From an uncultured Alphaproteobacteria bacterium (GTDB lineage Bacteria; Pseudomonadota; Alphaproteobacteria; Sphingomonadales; Sphingomonadaceae): a stretch of 64,000 nt of DNA. The notes beneath the pieces were generated by a model that was given only the letters and a program-made list of their open reading frames with translations, was not told where the DNA came from and made no database searches. The position numbers and the translations under genes were made by a program. The stretch lies in assembly GCA_963781165.1 (NCBI GenBank), contig CAWADZ010000004.1, positions 33,975 through 97,974 on the forward strand, written 5' to 3'. This document shows, piece after piece, positions 27,049 to 36,950 of the stretch. Positions within the stretch are counted from its first letter, which is position 1, and each line of letters starts with the position of its first letter.

Positions 27049-28661
27049 TAGCGGGTCAACCTCAAATTGCCGATGCCCTGACCAATTGCCTCGAAAATTT
27101 CCTCGAGGTCGGAACCATCGCTGGTGTAGAAGTGGCTATCACTGGTGGCGCAGGCTTCAACATCGTCCGTGTCCGCCACATCAAGCGCTATTACCCAGAT
27201 CGTGATGCCCATCTGCCTGGCCAAGTTGCAGGCTGATGCGAAGCGGGCAAGATGCTGGGCGTCCTGCGTGCCGTCGCCGCGAGTGCGATCCTGAAGGTTC
27301 TCCACGCCATGCGCAGAATACAACGTGCCGCCGGTATCCAGTTCACCATCTGTCATGAACACGATGTGCGTGTTGACCGGAATGCCATCGATATCGGTGA
27401 CATTGTCGCCCTGATTGAAATTGTTGCCGGCAAAGAAGCCTGTGCGCGACGCAAAACGCGCGCCCCAGAGAATCCCGACATCATGATATGTACCGCCGGT
27501 TACATTAGCTGTCGCCGCGCCGATCGCATTCCCGAATGCAGTTTCGTCGTCATATTCGGCAAGACGCGAAGCTTCCGACGGGCAACCCGTCTGGGAATAG
27601 CCGCGCTGCGAATCGATGTCATACCGGCCAAACTGGCGCGCAGTATCCGCACCATTGGTTGCCCGGTCATCAATGTCGGAGCGTGTGACAAAATTCCGGA
27701 TTTCAAACGAGCCCGCAGCGGCAGGGTTCAGCGGATCGATCGTCGGACGTTCTTCGATGCAACCTTCTCCGCTGGTCCGGAAGCCCTGCCGGTTACCCGG
27801 GAAAAGTCCATTCGCATTGTTCCAGCGAGAATTGCTTATGTGAACTGTTTCGTCTGGTCCCTGATTGAACTGAATGGCGCGGGTATACTTGGTATTGCCC
27901 TGGCTAAGTCCCCCCTGTGGGCGCGTCGGTGATGTCAGGTTCTGGCAGCCCCAGTACGTCTGTCCGTTGGATTGGCAGAATTGAAACGAATACGTACCGC
28001 CCACGTGTTGCTGGTTGACCAGAATATCGCGGTTCTTAAGGCTGCGCGCTACGTTCACCGTGTGCGAATAGGGCACGATACCGTACCGCGTGATCGAACC
28101 ATCATCGGACTCCATCGCGCGGAACAGGCCCATCGTGCCTTCGCGCAGCCGCTCTATCTTGGTGCCGCTGCCATTGCTGGGCGCTTGATTCATGGATCCG
28201 GTGACATCGAGCACCAGGACAATGTCGTTATGGCCCATGTCCTGTGTCGCGTCGCAATCGACAGATATGTCGACATCGTTCACGCCAATGATGCGCACAA
28301 GCGAGGTCGGGATAGTTGCGCTCGCGCTGCCATCCAGTTCGCCGGCGTTGTTCGCATCCGGCGTCATTGTGAAGTTGACGTTGGTTGCGCCAGCGGTGCC
28401 TTCGGGAAAGTTGAAGTCGAAGAACTGCTGGCCGTCATCCTGCACATCGCTGTTGAACTCCGTACCCGTCATGCCCTGACGTGCACCAAGCACTGCAGCG
28501 TCGCAGGCGTTCTGCAGCTTGCCGCGCGCCATGTATACGACGCTGAGGTCCATTGCAGATCCGACCAGCGCAGTCAGTGTCACCATGGCCGCTGCCGAAA
28601 TCGCCAGGACGTTGCCGCCTGTGTCATCACGTAGCCGTGAGAAGAATGTTCGCGCTGTCAC
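27048..28661 (-). CDS. tadG: TadG-like pilus protein with von Willebrand A domain
   Basis: GGNVLAISA N-terminal TM, KLQNACDAAVL, and MIDAS elements LVLDVTGSM and FMTDG. Confidence 0.85.
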   Translation of the reverse strand: MTARTFFSRLRDDTGGNVLAISAAAMVTLTALVGSAMDLSVVYMARGKLQNACDAAVLGARQGMTGTEFNSDVQDDGQQFFDFNFPEGTAGATNVNFTMTPDANNAGELDGSASATIPTSLVRIIGVNDVDISVDCDATQDMGHNDIVLVLDVTGSMNQAPSNGSGTKIERLREGTMGLFRAMESDDGSITRYGIVPYSHTVNVARSLKNRDILVNQQHVGGTYSFQFCQSNGQTYWGCQNLTSPTRPQGGLSQGNTKYTRAIQFNQGPDETVHISNSRWNNANGLFPGNRQGFRTSGEGCIEERPTIDPLNPAAAGSFEIRNFVTRSDIDDRATNGADTARQFGRYDIDSQRGYSQTGCPSEASRLAEYDDETAFGNAIGAATANVTGGTYHDVGILWGARFASRTGFFAGNNFNQGDNVTDIDGIPVNTHIVFMTDGELDTGGTLYSAHGVENLQDRTRGDGTQDAQHLARFASACNLARQMGITIWVIALDVADTDDVEACATSDSHFYTSDGSDLEEIFEAIGQGIGNLRLTR

Positions 28662-28770
28662 TTCAAGTTCCTAAACAAAACGGCATTACGCCTAAGTTAT
28701 GGCGCTCTATGGACCCATGCGAATTAAGGCTCTGCTTTCACCTTTGGTTACCTGTTCTTGAAACGACAGA

Positions 28771-28786
28771 GTTAAGATTGTCTAAA
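28771..28786 (-). promoter_or_regulatory. CtrA-like binding site upstream of the tad cassette
   Basis: Minus strand TTTA-GACAATC-TTAAC versus consensus TTAA-N7-TTAAC; more TTAA/TTAC half-sites lie at 28686-28727. Confidence 0.45.
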
Positions 28787-28869
28787 TTTTGCCCGAGATT
28801 CATTACCCCTCTCGCGAGCTTACGCGGTGACACTCGGTGCCAGTTGATCAGATAGTTTTCGTGATGATT

Positions 28870-29065
28870 GCCACCGGGCCCTCAGGCGAGTGGCCTCATA
28901 ACCCGAGCCTGAAGGCTCCGCAGAAGGGCACTCCGAGACCCCATGCCGTTAACCTTCAAATGGCTGAAAAAAGCACGGCTTCTGCTGCATAGAACGCGCC
29001 CGACCGCGTAGAAGCAGGCACTTCGCCCCGGTTCCAGACGGAGCCTGCAAAGCAAAGATCACCGG
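28870..29065. ncRNA. Candidate structured non-coding RNA, family not recognised
   Basis: No credible ORF. Stems: GCCAC/GTGGC, GAGCC-TGAA-GGCTC, GCTTCTGC/GTAGAAGC. Long-range pairs: AGGCTCCG(28913)/CGGAGCCT(29039) and GCAGAAG(28920)/CTTCTGC(28979). Confidence 0.3.
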
Positions 29066-29083
29066 AATAAAGCTTAGGCGTTA

Positions 29084-29950
29084 TCAAGCGGGCCCGCACG
29101 AATTCACGTAAATACTTTCCCCGAGAAAAGTAATTCGAGCGATATCGCCATTGGCCATCCGGTATTCACGGATTTCAAGGCCCGTCCCGATGGAATCGAA
29201 ATCATCGCCCCAAATGTCATCCAGCTCCGCGCCAGTCGGCAAGCGGTCGCGGTCGAGATCGGCACAGGCGCGTGCAAGCGCAGATGACGCAGCAGGCACT
29301 GCCGCCTCCGGGGCTTCGTTAGTTGGCAACGCCGGATCATCCAGACCATCGAGGAAGTTTTCGGATATGCCTTCCCCCTCGTCATCGGCGGATTGCGCTG
29401 CTGTATCCTCGATTGTTTCGAACTCGTCCGCACGCGGCTCGCTGGCCGCCACTTCTGTCTCGACTTCAGCGGCGGGGTCATAGTCGCCCAGCGATACCGC
29501 ATTGTCACGGTCATAAATGCGGTCATCGGAGAATGGTCCAAGCTCGGTGCCAGCCGCGACGCGCACCAAGGGATAAGGCTCCAGCCCGGTCTCCATATAG
29601 GTCATCTCTGCCTGATATTCGCCGGTCAATCGAAATTGCAGAACATCGACCGACCCTTCCGGGCGTGTCGGAGCAAAGCGCATGACCAGAACTTCGCCCT
29701 CCATCGCCGCATTGGTGGTGACAACTTCCTCCGACCCTCTCAATTGCGAGAAGATCACACCATTGCCCTGAAACCGCGCCGGACGCAGCCAGGTGCCGCG
29801 CCAGCTGCCATCCTCATCTTGCTCCAGTGAGAATACGAAAATCGCTGCATCATCGATTTGCATGGCCCAGGTCCCCTCCAGATCCTGCGCTGCAGCGGGC
29901 AGGCTCAAGGCGAAGAGGGCGACGAGAAAAGACAGGAGATGTTTGATCAT
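29084..29950 (-). CDS. Secreted hypothetical protein
   Basis: Signal peptide MIKHLLSFLVALFALSLPAAA-Q, beta-rich N-domain, acidic linker, and a small C-domain with two Cys. Confidence 0.75.
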   Translation of the reverse strand: MIKHLLSFLVALFALSLPAAAQDLEGTWAMQIDDAAIFVFSLEQDEDGSWRGTWLRPARFQGNGVIFSQLRGSEEVVTTNAAMEGEVLVMRFAPTRPEGSVDVLQFRLTGEYQAEMTYMETGLEPYPLVRVAAGTELGPFSDDRIYDRDNAVSLGDYDPAAEVETEVAASEPRADEFETIEDTAAQSADDEGEGISENFLDGLDDPALPTNEAPEAAVPAASSALARACADLDRDRLPTGAELDDIWGDDFDSIGTGLEIREYRMANGDIARITFLGESIYVNSCGPA

Positions 29951-30078
29951 TCCGCCAGCTTGCAGCAGCTTGCTGGCGATAGGCAAGCAAAAGGGCGTGC
30001 GCGGGGGTGGGAATGCGGCGGGCGGTTGCCTATAGTTGGCCGACGAATTCTCGAAACGCGTGAACAGGGTACTGCACA

Positions 30079-31017
30079 ATGGCTGACATTATCGACGGCC
30101 GCGCCATTGCGCGTCAGCTGGACGAAACCACGAAAGCGCAGGTTGAAGCCATGGTTGCGGAAGGCCACCCTGCGCCGGGCCTGACTGTTATTCTGGTGGG
30201 CGACGACCCTGCAAGCGAAGTTTACGTGCGGCGCAAGATGGCGGCGTGCGAGGCCGTAGGCATCAGGTCGAGCGAGCACCGCCTTCCCGCCAGCACATCG
30301 CAGAATGCGCTGCTGACACTGATCGCACGCCTCAACGCCGACCCCGAGGTCCACGGCATACTATGCCAGGTTCCGCTGCCTGAACACATCGATGCAAGGG
30401 AAGTGCTCCGGTCCATCGCGCCAGAGAAAGATGTGGACGGGTTTCACCCGGTCAATGTCGGGCGGCTTTCAACCGGTACCGGCGGCATAGTGCCCTGCAC
30501 ACCATTGGGCATCATGAAGCTGATCGGCACTGTGATCGACGATTTGACCGGCGTGAACGTGGTGGTGATCGGCAAGTCCAATATCGTCGGAAAGCCTGTT
30601 GCCAATTTGCTTTTGGATGCAGAGGCCACCGTCACCGTCACCCATATCCATACCGAAGGCCTTGCCGACATTTGCCGTCAGGCCGATGTCATCGTTGCGG
30701 CAGCAGGTGCGCCTCGGCTGGTGCGCGGTCACTGGGTGAAAGATGGCGCGGTGCTGATCGATGTCGGCATCACGCGAGAGACTGGGGAAGACGGCAAGAC
30801 GAAGCTGGTCGGCGACATCGCCTTTGACGAAGTCCAGCACGCGCGTGCCGTAACTCCGGTGCCCGGCGGCGTTGGCCCCATGACTATCGCCTGTCTCCTG
30901 GCAAACACGGTGCAGGCCGCGCGCGCCGCCCTCGATGCCGACAAAGGTGTCAGTAACGACTATGCCGATGCGCCTGCACGCTCTATGTTTACCGCTTCAG
31001 GATCGACACCCAATTAG
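30079..31017 (+). CDS. folD: Bifunctional methylenetetrahydrofolate dehydrogenase/cyclohydrolase
   Basis: PGLTVILVGDDPASEVY, KDVDGFHP, PCTPLG, GKSNIVGKP, TPVPGGVGPMT. Confidence 0.97.
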   Translation: MADIIDGRAIARQLDETTKAQVEAMVAEGHPAPGLTVILVGDDPASEVYVRRKMAACEAVGIRSSEHRLPASTSQNALLTLIARLNADPEVHGILCQVPLPEHIDAREVLRSIAPEKDVDGFHPVNVGRLSTGTGGIVPCTPLGIMKLIGTVIDDLTGVNVVVIGKSNIVGKPVANLLLDAEATVTVTHIHTEGLADICRQADVIVAAAGAPRLVRGHWVKDGAVLIDVGITRETGEDGKTKLVGDIAFDEVQHARAVTPVPGGVGPMTIACLLANTVQAARAALDADKGVSNDYADAPARSMFTASGSTPN

Positions 31018-31029
31018 GTACCCCCGTCT

Positions 31030-32574
31030 ATGACCATGGCCATGACCCAGCAAACACATCAGCCCGATACGGACGTTCTTATCATCGGGGCGGGCCTGTC
31101 CGGCATCTCCATGGCGGGCCACATGGAAATGCTGTGCCCGGATCGCAGCTACACCATTCTGGACCGCCGGGACCAGCTGGGCGGTACTTGGGATTTGTTC
31201 CGCTATCCCGGTGTGCGCTCAGACAGCGACATGCACACGCTCGGCTTCATCTTCGAGCCGTGGAAGCATGATGACGCGATTGCCGATGGCCCTGCGATCC
31301 TCGAATATCTGAACCGCGTTGTCGATGAACGCGGCATCCGCGAACATATGCGGTTCGGCGAGGAAGTTCTGAGCGCCGACTGGGATAGCAACACGGCCTG
31401 CTGGACGATCACGTCGCGCAGCAAGGATGGCAAGGAAAGCGTCATCACCGCGCGCTGGCTGTATTTCGGCAGCGGCTATTACGATTACGACAATCCGCAT
31501 GATCCGCAGATTCCCGGCATCGATGCCTTTGGCGGGCAGGTGATCCATCCGCAGTTCTGGCCCGAAGATCTGGATTACACGGGCAAGAACGTTGTCATCA
31601 TCGGATCGGGCGCAACGGCGATCACGATGGTGCCCGCAATGGCTGACGACGCGGCAAGCGTTACCATGCTCCAGCGCACGCCGACATGGATGGGCAAAGG
31701 GCCGCGGCAGGATAAGTGGGATCATCGCTTTCGACGCTGGTTCCCTGAAAAGGTCGCTTACTGGCTTACCCGCCGCAAAAATATCCTCTTCCGCGATTAC
31801 ATCTTCAGCCTGTCGCGCCGCAATCCGCAAAAACTGGCGGACAAGCTGCGCGGAATGGTGCGAGGATCGCTGGGCGAACTCTACAATCCCAAGGACTTCG
31901 AACCGCCCTACAATCCGTGGGAGCAGCGCCTGTGCCTGGTGCCCGATGGGGACCTGTTCAAGGCCATGCGCAAGGGCAAGGCGCATATCGTTACCGATCA
32001 TATCGAAGGCTTCGACGCAGGCGGCGTGAAGCTGAAGTCGGGCAAGCATTTACCTGCCGACATCGTTGTAACCGCCACCGGGCTTCGGCTGGTGCTGGCG
32101 GGCAAAGTGCAGGTTTCGATGGACGGCAAGCCGGTCGATTTCACCGATCACTATTTCTATCGCGGCACCATGTTTTCCAACATGCCCAACCTCAGCTTCG
32201 TGTTCGGCTATCTCAATGCCAGCTGGACTTTGCGGGCCGATGCCAACGCCCGCTACGCCTGCGACGTGCTGAACGACATGACCAAGACGGGTGCAAATGT
32301 GGCCGTAGCGCAGCTTGCGAAAGAAGATGAGCCGGAGACAGTCGCACCGTGGGATTATTCGTCCGGCTATCTCCAGCGCGCGAAGGATTTGATGCCCAAG
32401 GTCGGGCCGGATCGTCCGTGGTCTCTGAAGCATGATTACCTCGCTGACATAAGGGATTTCCGTCAGCGCCCAGTGCGTGACGGTGTGCTGCGCTTTTATG
32501 CCGTGAACGCTGCCGCCTCGTCAGAAGCGGAAAGACCGGAAGAAGCGGACCATCAGGCCATTGCCGCAGAATGA
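31030..32574 (+). CDS. Baeyer-Villiger/flavin monooxygenase (EthA-like)
   Basis: GAGLSG, GGTWDLFRYPGVRSDSD, BVMO fingerprint FGGQVIHPQFWP, and GSGATA. Confidence 0.9.
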   Translation: MTMAMTQQTHQPDTDVLIIGAGLSGISMAGHMEMLCPDRSYTILDRRDQLGGTWDLFRYPGVRSDSDMHTLGFIFEPWKHDDAIADGPAILEYLNRVVDERGIREHMRFGEEVLSADWDSNTACWTITSRSKDGKESVITARWLYFGSGYYDYDNPHDPQIPGIDAFGGQVIHPQFWPEDLDYTGKNVVIIGSGATAITMVPAMADDAASVTMLQRTPTWMGKGPRQDKWDHRFRRWFPEKVAYWLTRRKNILFRDYIFSLSRRNPQKLADKLRGMVRGSLGELYNPKDFEPPYNPWEQRLCLVPDGDLFKAMRKGKAHIVTDHIEGFDAGGVKLKSGKHLPADIVVTATGLRLVLAGKVQVSMDGKPVDFTDHYFYRGTMFSNMPNLSFVFGYLNASWTLRADANARYACDVLNDMTKTGANVAVAQLAKEDEPETVAPWDYSSGYLQRAKDLMPKVGPDRPWSLKHDYLADIRDFRQRPVRDGVLRFYAVNAAASSEAERPEEADHQAIAAE

Positions 32575-32584
32575 GCCAGCTTCG

Positions 32585-33349
32585 ATGAGCGTTTCAGACA
32601 AGGTATGGACCGCCGCGCTGGTAGTGATTGGCGATGAAATCCTGTCAGGCCGAACGCAGGACAAGAACATCGCGCAGGTCGCCCGCTGGTTGCAGGTGCA
32701 GGGTATTCGCCTGTCAGAAGTGCGGGTCGTGTCCGATGACATGGGCGCTATCGCTGACGCCGTGAACCCGCTTCGAACCGCGCATGATTATCTCTTCACT
32801 ACCGGAGGTATTGGCCCGACCCATGATGACATCACAGTTGATGCCGTCGCCGCGGCGCTGGGCGTTAAAGTGGTCGTGCACCCCAAAGCGCGCGCGATGC
32901 TGGAAGACTATTACGCCGATAAAGCTGGCGGGCTGACAGAAGCACGGCTGCGCATGGCGCGCGTGCCAGAAGGCGCGGATCTGATTCCCAATCGCATGTC
33001 CGGCGCACCCGGCATTCGCCACGGAAACGTCTTCCTGATGGCCGGTGTTCCGCACATCACAGCGCAAATGCTGGACGGGCTGACCGGTACGCTGGAAGGC
33101 GGAGCGCCGTTGCTGAGCGAAACGGTTGGCTGCTGGACCGCCGAAAGCGAAGTGGCGGACATTTTGCGCGAAGTCGAAGCTGCGCATGACGACTGCCAGA
33201 TCGGCAGTTATCCCTTCTTCCGCGAAGGCCGCATCGGTGCCAATTTCGTTATCCGTTCGACCAGCGCTGAAGTCCTGCAAAGCGCGGTCGATACGCTATC
33301 CGAAGCGCTGGGCGAGGAAGGCCATGATTTCACTCCCGGCGGAATTTGA
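32585..33349 (+). CDS. CinA-like molybdopterin-binding-domain protein
   Basis: VIGDEILSGRTQDKN, TTGGIGPTHDDIT, MAGVP. Confidence 0.88.
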   Translation: MSVSDKVWTAALVVIGDEILSGRTQDKNIAQVARWLQVQGIRLSEVRVVSDDMGAIADAVNPLRTAHDYLFTTGGIGPTHDDITVDAVAAALGVKVVVHPKARAMLEDYYADKAGGLTEARLRMARVPEGADLIPNRMSGAPGIRHGNVFLMAGVPHITAQMLDGLTGTLEGGAPLLSETVGCWTAESEVADILREVEAAHDDCQIGSYPFFREGRIGANFVIRSTSAEVLQSAVDTLSEALGEEGHDFTPGGI

Positions 33350-33359
33350 GTAACACAAG

Positions 33360-34217
33360 GTGGCTCCTCCCGGAATAACTCCAAATACGAACATACCGGC
33401 CGAACCGGGCAAAAGCCGTGTGCTTGCCTTGCTTCGGGCATATCCCTTTATTCTGCCTTGGGCTGTGTGCTGTCTCACGCTCAATCTCGGCTACCTTTCG
33501 GTTTTCGCGATAAGCGATCCTAAATTTTCTGCAGCTCTCATCATCAACTCGCTGGTAAATACTACAGCCGCATTCCTTGTGGGCGTAGCGTTCGCGCGGT
33601 TGCTTCAAACGATGCTTTTTCGCCTGCCCCCCGCATTTCAACTCGCGGGACACGTCCTGCTCGCGCCGGTCTATTCCATCACATGGTATGTGACGGTCAT
33701 CACCGCGATGGGATGGGCCGCTGGATCGATCTTTACCGGTGCGGCGATCGCGCCATTCCAAGGCCCCGCTTTCCCGTGGCAGATATTTCAGGGCATTGCC
33801 CTCTATTTCGCCATCGCGCCGCTCGCATATCTATCCCGCTACGGCCCGGGAGCGCTTAACCCCGCTGAACAGGATTCCGCCGCCGCTGCTCCCGACGCAC
33901 CGGCAATGCTGGTGCGCGATGGCGACACGTTGATGCGGTTTGAACCTGACCAGATCGTACAAATCCGGGCGCAGGACGATTACAGCGAAATCGTCGAGTT
34001 AACGACGCGGCGGCTGGTTCGCAGTTCGCTCACCCATCTGGAGGCGCAATTGCCAGCCGGTTTCGTGCGCATCCATCGCTCCACCATCGTCAATTCGCGC
34101 AGGATTGTCCGAACAGAGCCTGCGGGCAATGGCCGCATGACGGTGCATCTGGAAAATGGCGACTCTGTCGATGCCAGCCGAGCAGGTGCTAAAGCACTGC
34201 GGCAGCTGGTGCTCTAA
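33360..34217 (+). CDS. Membrane-anchored LytTR transcriptional regulator (copy 1)
   Basis: About four TM helices, a linker, then a LytTR domain (AQDDYSEI; FVRIHRSTIVN; ASR). Confidence 0.87.
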   Translation: MAPPGITPNTNIPAEPGKSRVLALLRAYPFILPWAVCCLTLNLGYLSVFAISDPKFSAALIINSLVNTTAAFLVGVAFARLLQTMLFRLPPAFQLAGHVLLAPVYSITWYVTVITAMGWAAGSIFTGAAIAPFQGPAFPWQIFQGIALYFAIAPLAYLSRYGPGALNPAEQDSAAAAPDAPAMLVRDGDTLMRFEPDQIVQIRAQDDYSEIVELTTRRLVRSSLTHLEAQLPAGFVRIHRSTIVNSRRIVRTEPAGNGRMTVHLENGDSVDASRAGAKALRQLVL

Positions 34218-34225
34218 CACCGTTG

Positions 34226-34275
34226 GCCATTCGCCCGCTCAAAACGTCCGTTTAAGGAAATTCTGGCCGCTTTTC
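34226..34275 (+). promoter_or_regulatory. Putative LytTR-responsive promoter element (copy 1)
   Basis: 29/50 ungapped identity to 40291-40340; half-sites GCCATTCGCC and TCCGTTTAAG are 21 bp apart. Confidence 0.5.
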
Positions 34276-34300
34276 GGCAGTTTGCGGCAAATCCCGTGGG

Positions 34301-35620
34301 ATGATGAAAAGCCGCTTTCTCCCGATTGCCCCCGCATGGTTTGTATTCATTGTTTTTCTTGCAGCCAATCTGGCCTCCGGAATGGCAGCAGCCCAGTCGG
34401 AATCCTTGCCGCCGCAAGAGACTGAGCGCGCGCCGAGGACGAACCCTGATGCTGGCAGTGTCGCCTACACGAACGGTTCATGGCTACAGCGGGACGGCGA
34501 TGGCGAACGCTGGGTCCGTGAGACGCGCTATGCCATTGCCGGTGTGTTTGTGGATGGGCCAATGGTGCGGGTGGACAGGACTGTCGACCTGGCCGGGCAA
34601 TATCTGATTCCGCCGCTGGCCGAAGGGCACAACCACACCGTCGAAGGCGAATGGACGCAGGAGGTTGCCGCAAGTCTGGTGCAACAAGGCATCTTCTATT
34701 TCCGCAACCCCTCAAATGTTGGCGATGTCGCAAGGCGCAACCGGCCCTATTGGGAACAGCCCGGCACGCTGGACGTCGCGTTCTCTCACGGCGCGCTGAC
34801 CGGGACCGGCAGCCATCCCGTCCCGCTCTATCGCAGGCTGGCCTCGCTCTACGGACTCGATCCGGAGGCGCTGGACGGCGTTGCCTTTTTCGAGCTCGAC
34901 ACTATCGCGCAGCTCGAAGCTCGCTGGCCAAGCATTCTCGCGGGCAATCCGGATTTCATCAAGATCATCCTTGGCGACAGTACCGGAGAGAACCAGCAGA
35001 GCCTGACAATCCCGGTGGCCCGCCGCGCTGTTGCGCTTGCCCATGCCAGCGGGCTTCGGGTTACGGCGCATATCTGGACCGCTGGCGATCTGGCGACGGC
35101 CGCGGCAATCGGGGTGGATGAAGTGGCGCATCTGCCTGGATACAACTGGGGCGACATGCCGCGCGAGGCCTTTGTTATATCGCCGCAAATAGCGCAGGCC
35201 CTCGCTCAAGGCGATATTGCCGTGCAAACCACCAGCATAATCGTTGCCGATGTAGGGGACGCCTGGCGCGATCCGGGCGCTCCGTTCGATAGGTACGCGC
35301 AGCTTCACCGCACAAATTTGCGGGCCTTGCTGGACGCAGGGGTTAGGCTGAGCATCGCAACCGATCAGGGCCGCTCCACTTTCGACGAGGCGGAATTCCT
35401 CCGCTTTCTTGACGTGATGGATGATCGCGCGCTTCTCGGGTTCTGGCTGGATACCGGGCCCTCGATCTTCCCGGGGCGCGCGATCGGACGATTACGAACC
35501 GGCTTCGAGGCCTCATTCATCGCGCTGGAATGCGATCCTTTCGTCCGCTTCGAATGCCTGCACGCGATTGGCCATCTGGAAAAGCAGGGCCAAGAGATAG
35601 AACGGAGTAATGCATCATGA
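34301..35620 (+). CDS. Secreted amidohydrolase-family protein
   Basis: Signal peptide; LIPPLAEGHNH (HxH), DFIKI, RVTAH, EVAH, IATD. Confidence 0.8.
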   Translation: MMKSRFLPIAPAWFVFIVFLAANLASGMAAAQSESLPPQETERAPRTNPDAGSVAYTNGSWLQRDGDGERWVRETRYAIAGVFVDGPMVRVDRTVDLAGQYLIPPLAEGHNHTVEGEWTQEVAASLVQQGIFYFRNPSNVGDVARRNRPYWEQPGTLDVAFSHGALTGTGSHPVPLYRRLASLYGLDPEALDGVAFFELDTIAQLEARWPSILAGNPDFIKIILGDSTGENQQSLTIPVARRAVALAHASGLRVTAHIWTAGDLATAAAIGVDEVAHLPGYNWGDMPREAFVISPQIAQALAQGDIAVQTTSIIVADVGDAWRDPGAPFDRYAQLHRTNLRALLDAGVRLSIATDQGRSTFDEAEFLRFLDVMDDRALLGFWLDTGPSIFPGRAIGRLRTGFEASFIALECDPFVRFECLHAIGHLEKQGQEIERSNAS

Positions 35621-36873
35621 GAATTCTTGCCGTCCTGCTGGTGTCGCTAGCCGCATGGCTTCCACAAGCGGCAATTGCGTCCACGCTCTACACCAATGCC
35701 CTTTGGTGGGATGGGACCGATTTCGTCCCGGGTGATCGAACAGTACAGGACGGCGTGTTTGTGGCGCAGGGTGGGGAGCCTACCCGCAGCGTCGACCTTG
35801 GCGGCGCCTATGTCATTCCGCCCCTTGGCGATGCGCATGTCCACAATTTTGACCTGCCCGATTATCTGGCGCAGCTGACCGCGGATTTCGTGAACGACGG
35901 TGTGCTTTACATCTGGAACCTCGGCGCGGAATCGGAACAGCTTCCTGCAGCGCGAGAGGCATTGGCAAGGCAGCATCGGCCTGCCGTTTCTTTCGCCGGA
36001 CCCGCCTTCACGGCGCCCGGCGCGCACGCCATCCCTTACATCGAGGCACAATTGCAGGGCGTGCAATGGTGGTCACTTTCGCCAGAGGAGAAGCTTCGCG
36101 TCCGCTATGCCGAAAACGGAGAGGGCAAACGCTATTTCGCTATTGCCAATCCGGCTGATCTCGATGCTGTTTGGGCGGACTATCTGGCGGCAGATCCTGA
36201 TTTTGTGAAAGTCATCCTGTTCGGTTCTGCTGCCGGAACCCGCGAAGACCCCCGCGCGGTAGACGAGCCGACTCTGCTAGCCTTGGCAGAGCGGGCGCGG
36301 GCGGCTGAATTGCCGCTGGTCATTCACATTGAAACCGAGGGCGATCTGGCTCTTGCCCTGGATGCCGACGTGTCTCTGCTGGCGCACGCGCCGCAATATG
36401 CAGGTCCGTTTGAGCCTTACAATGCAGCGCTTGTCGAGCGACTGGCGCAAAGCGGCGCGGCGATTGCGCCCACTTTCGGCCGGCTGGCGTTGATGGAGGC
36501 TTACGTCCCTGCCGAATACCAGATGGATGCCGACCAATCGCAGCGGATCGAACGGGCCCATGCCGCGCGGATTGCGCAAATGCACAGCGCCGGTGTGCGG
36601 CTGGTCCTCGGTTCCGACCTCATTGACATGACCGCACTGGACGAGGCGATTTACTGGGAGCGCATTGGCGCCTTGTCGGGCACCGACCTGCTCAATATCG
36701 CGGTGCGCGATACGCCCGCGCTACTCAAAGGCCGCGCAGATGCCGGATGCCTGTCGGACGGCTGCCCCGCTTCTTTTCTGGCACTGCCTGCTGATCCCAG
36801 AGGCAACATGGCCATCATTCGTGAGGCGAGCCACCGGGTATTTGGCGGCGCGGCGGTCGCTAATGCCAATTAG
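35617..36873 (+). CDS. Secreted amidohydrolase-family protein
   Basis: Signal peptide; VIPPLGDAHVH, DFVKV, LVIH, LAH, LGSD; ATGA overlap with the previous gene. Confidence 0.82.
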   Translation: MRILAVLLVSLAAWLPQAAIASTLYTNALWWDGTDFVPGDRTVQDGVFVAQGGEPTRSVDLGGAYVIPPLGDAHVHNFDLPDYLAQLTADFVNDGVLYIWNLGAESEQLPAAREALARQHRPAVSFAGPAFTAPGAHAIPYIEAQLQGVQWWSLSPEEKLRVRYAENGEGKRYFAIANPADLDAVWADYLAADPDFVKVILFGSAAGTREDPRAVDEPTLLALAERARAAELPLVIHIETEGDLALALDADVSLLAHAPQYAGPFEPYNAALVERLAQSGAAIAPTFGRLALMEAYVPAEYQMDADQSQRIERAHAARIAQMHSAGVRLVLGSDLIDMTALDEAIYWERIGALSGTDLLNIAVRDTPALLKGRADAGCLSDGCPASFLALPADPRGNMAIIREASHRVFGGAAVANAN

Positions 36874-36885
36874 ACTGCGGAATGA

Positions 36886-36919
36886 GAAAGGGCCGGAGAA
36901 TCGCTTCCCCGGCCCTTTC
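36886..36919. terminator. Bidirectional terminator between the amidohydrolase and rplA
   Basis: GAAAGGGCCGG / CCGGCCCTTTC, an 11-bp inverted repeat between convergent genes. Confidence 0.75.
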
Positions 36920-36950
36920 GCCTGTTCAATGTCTGTAGGACAGCGGATTT

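Noticed and set aside
28895-28945. CAGGCTCGG on the minus strand suggesting an SAH riboswitch
   Set aside because: The upstream GAGGAGCGCUGC element and the 3' pseudoknot strand are missing, and the downstream gene is unrelated to SAM/SAH metabolism.
28960-28992. MAEKSTASAA* resembling a tmRNA tag ending in AA
   Set aside because: No tRNA-like ends, no ANDN-type alphaproteobacterial tag and no RBS; probably chance.
28688-29081. 9-bp inverted repeat ACGCCTAAG/CTTAGGCGT bracketing the intergenic region (retron a1/a2 or MITE ends)
   Set aside because: Short, with no reverse transcriptase or transposase and no target-site duplication; a chance match cannot be excluded.
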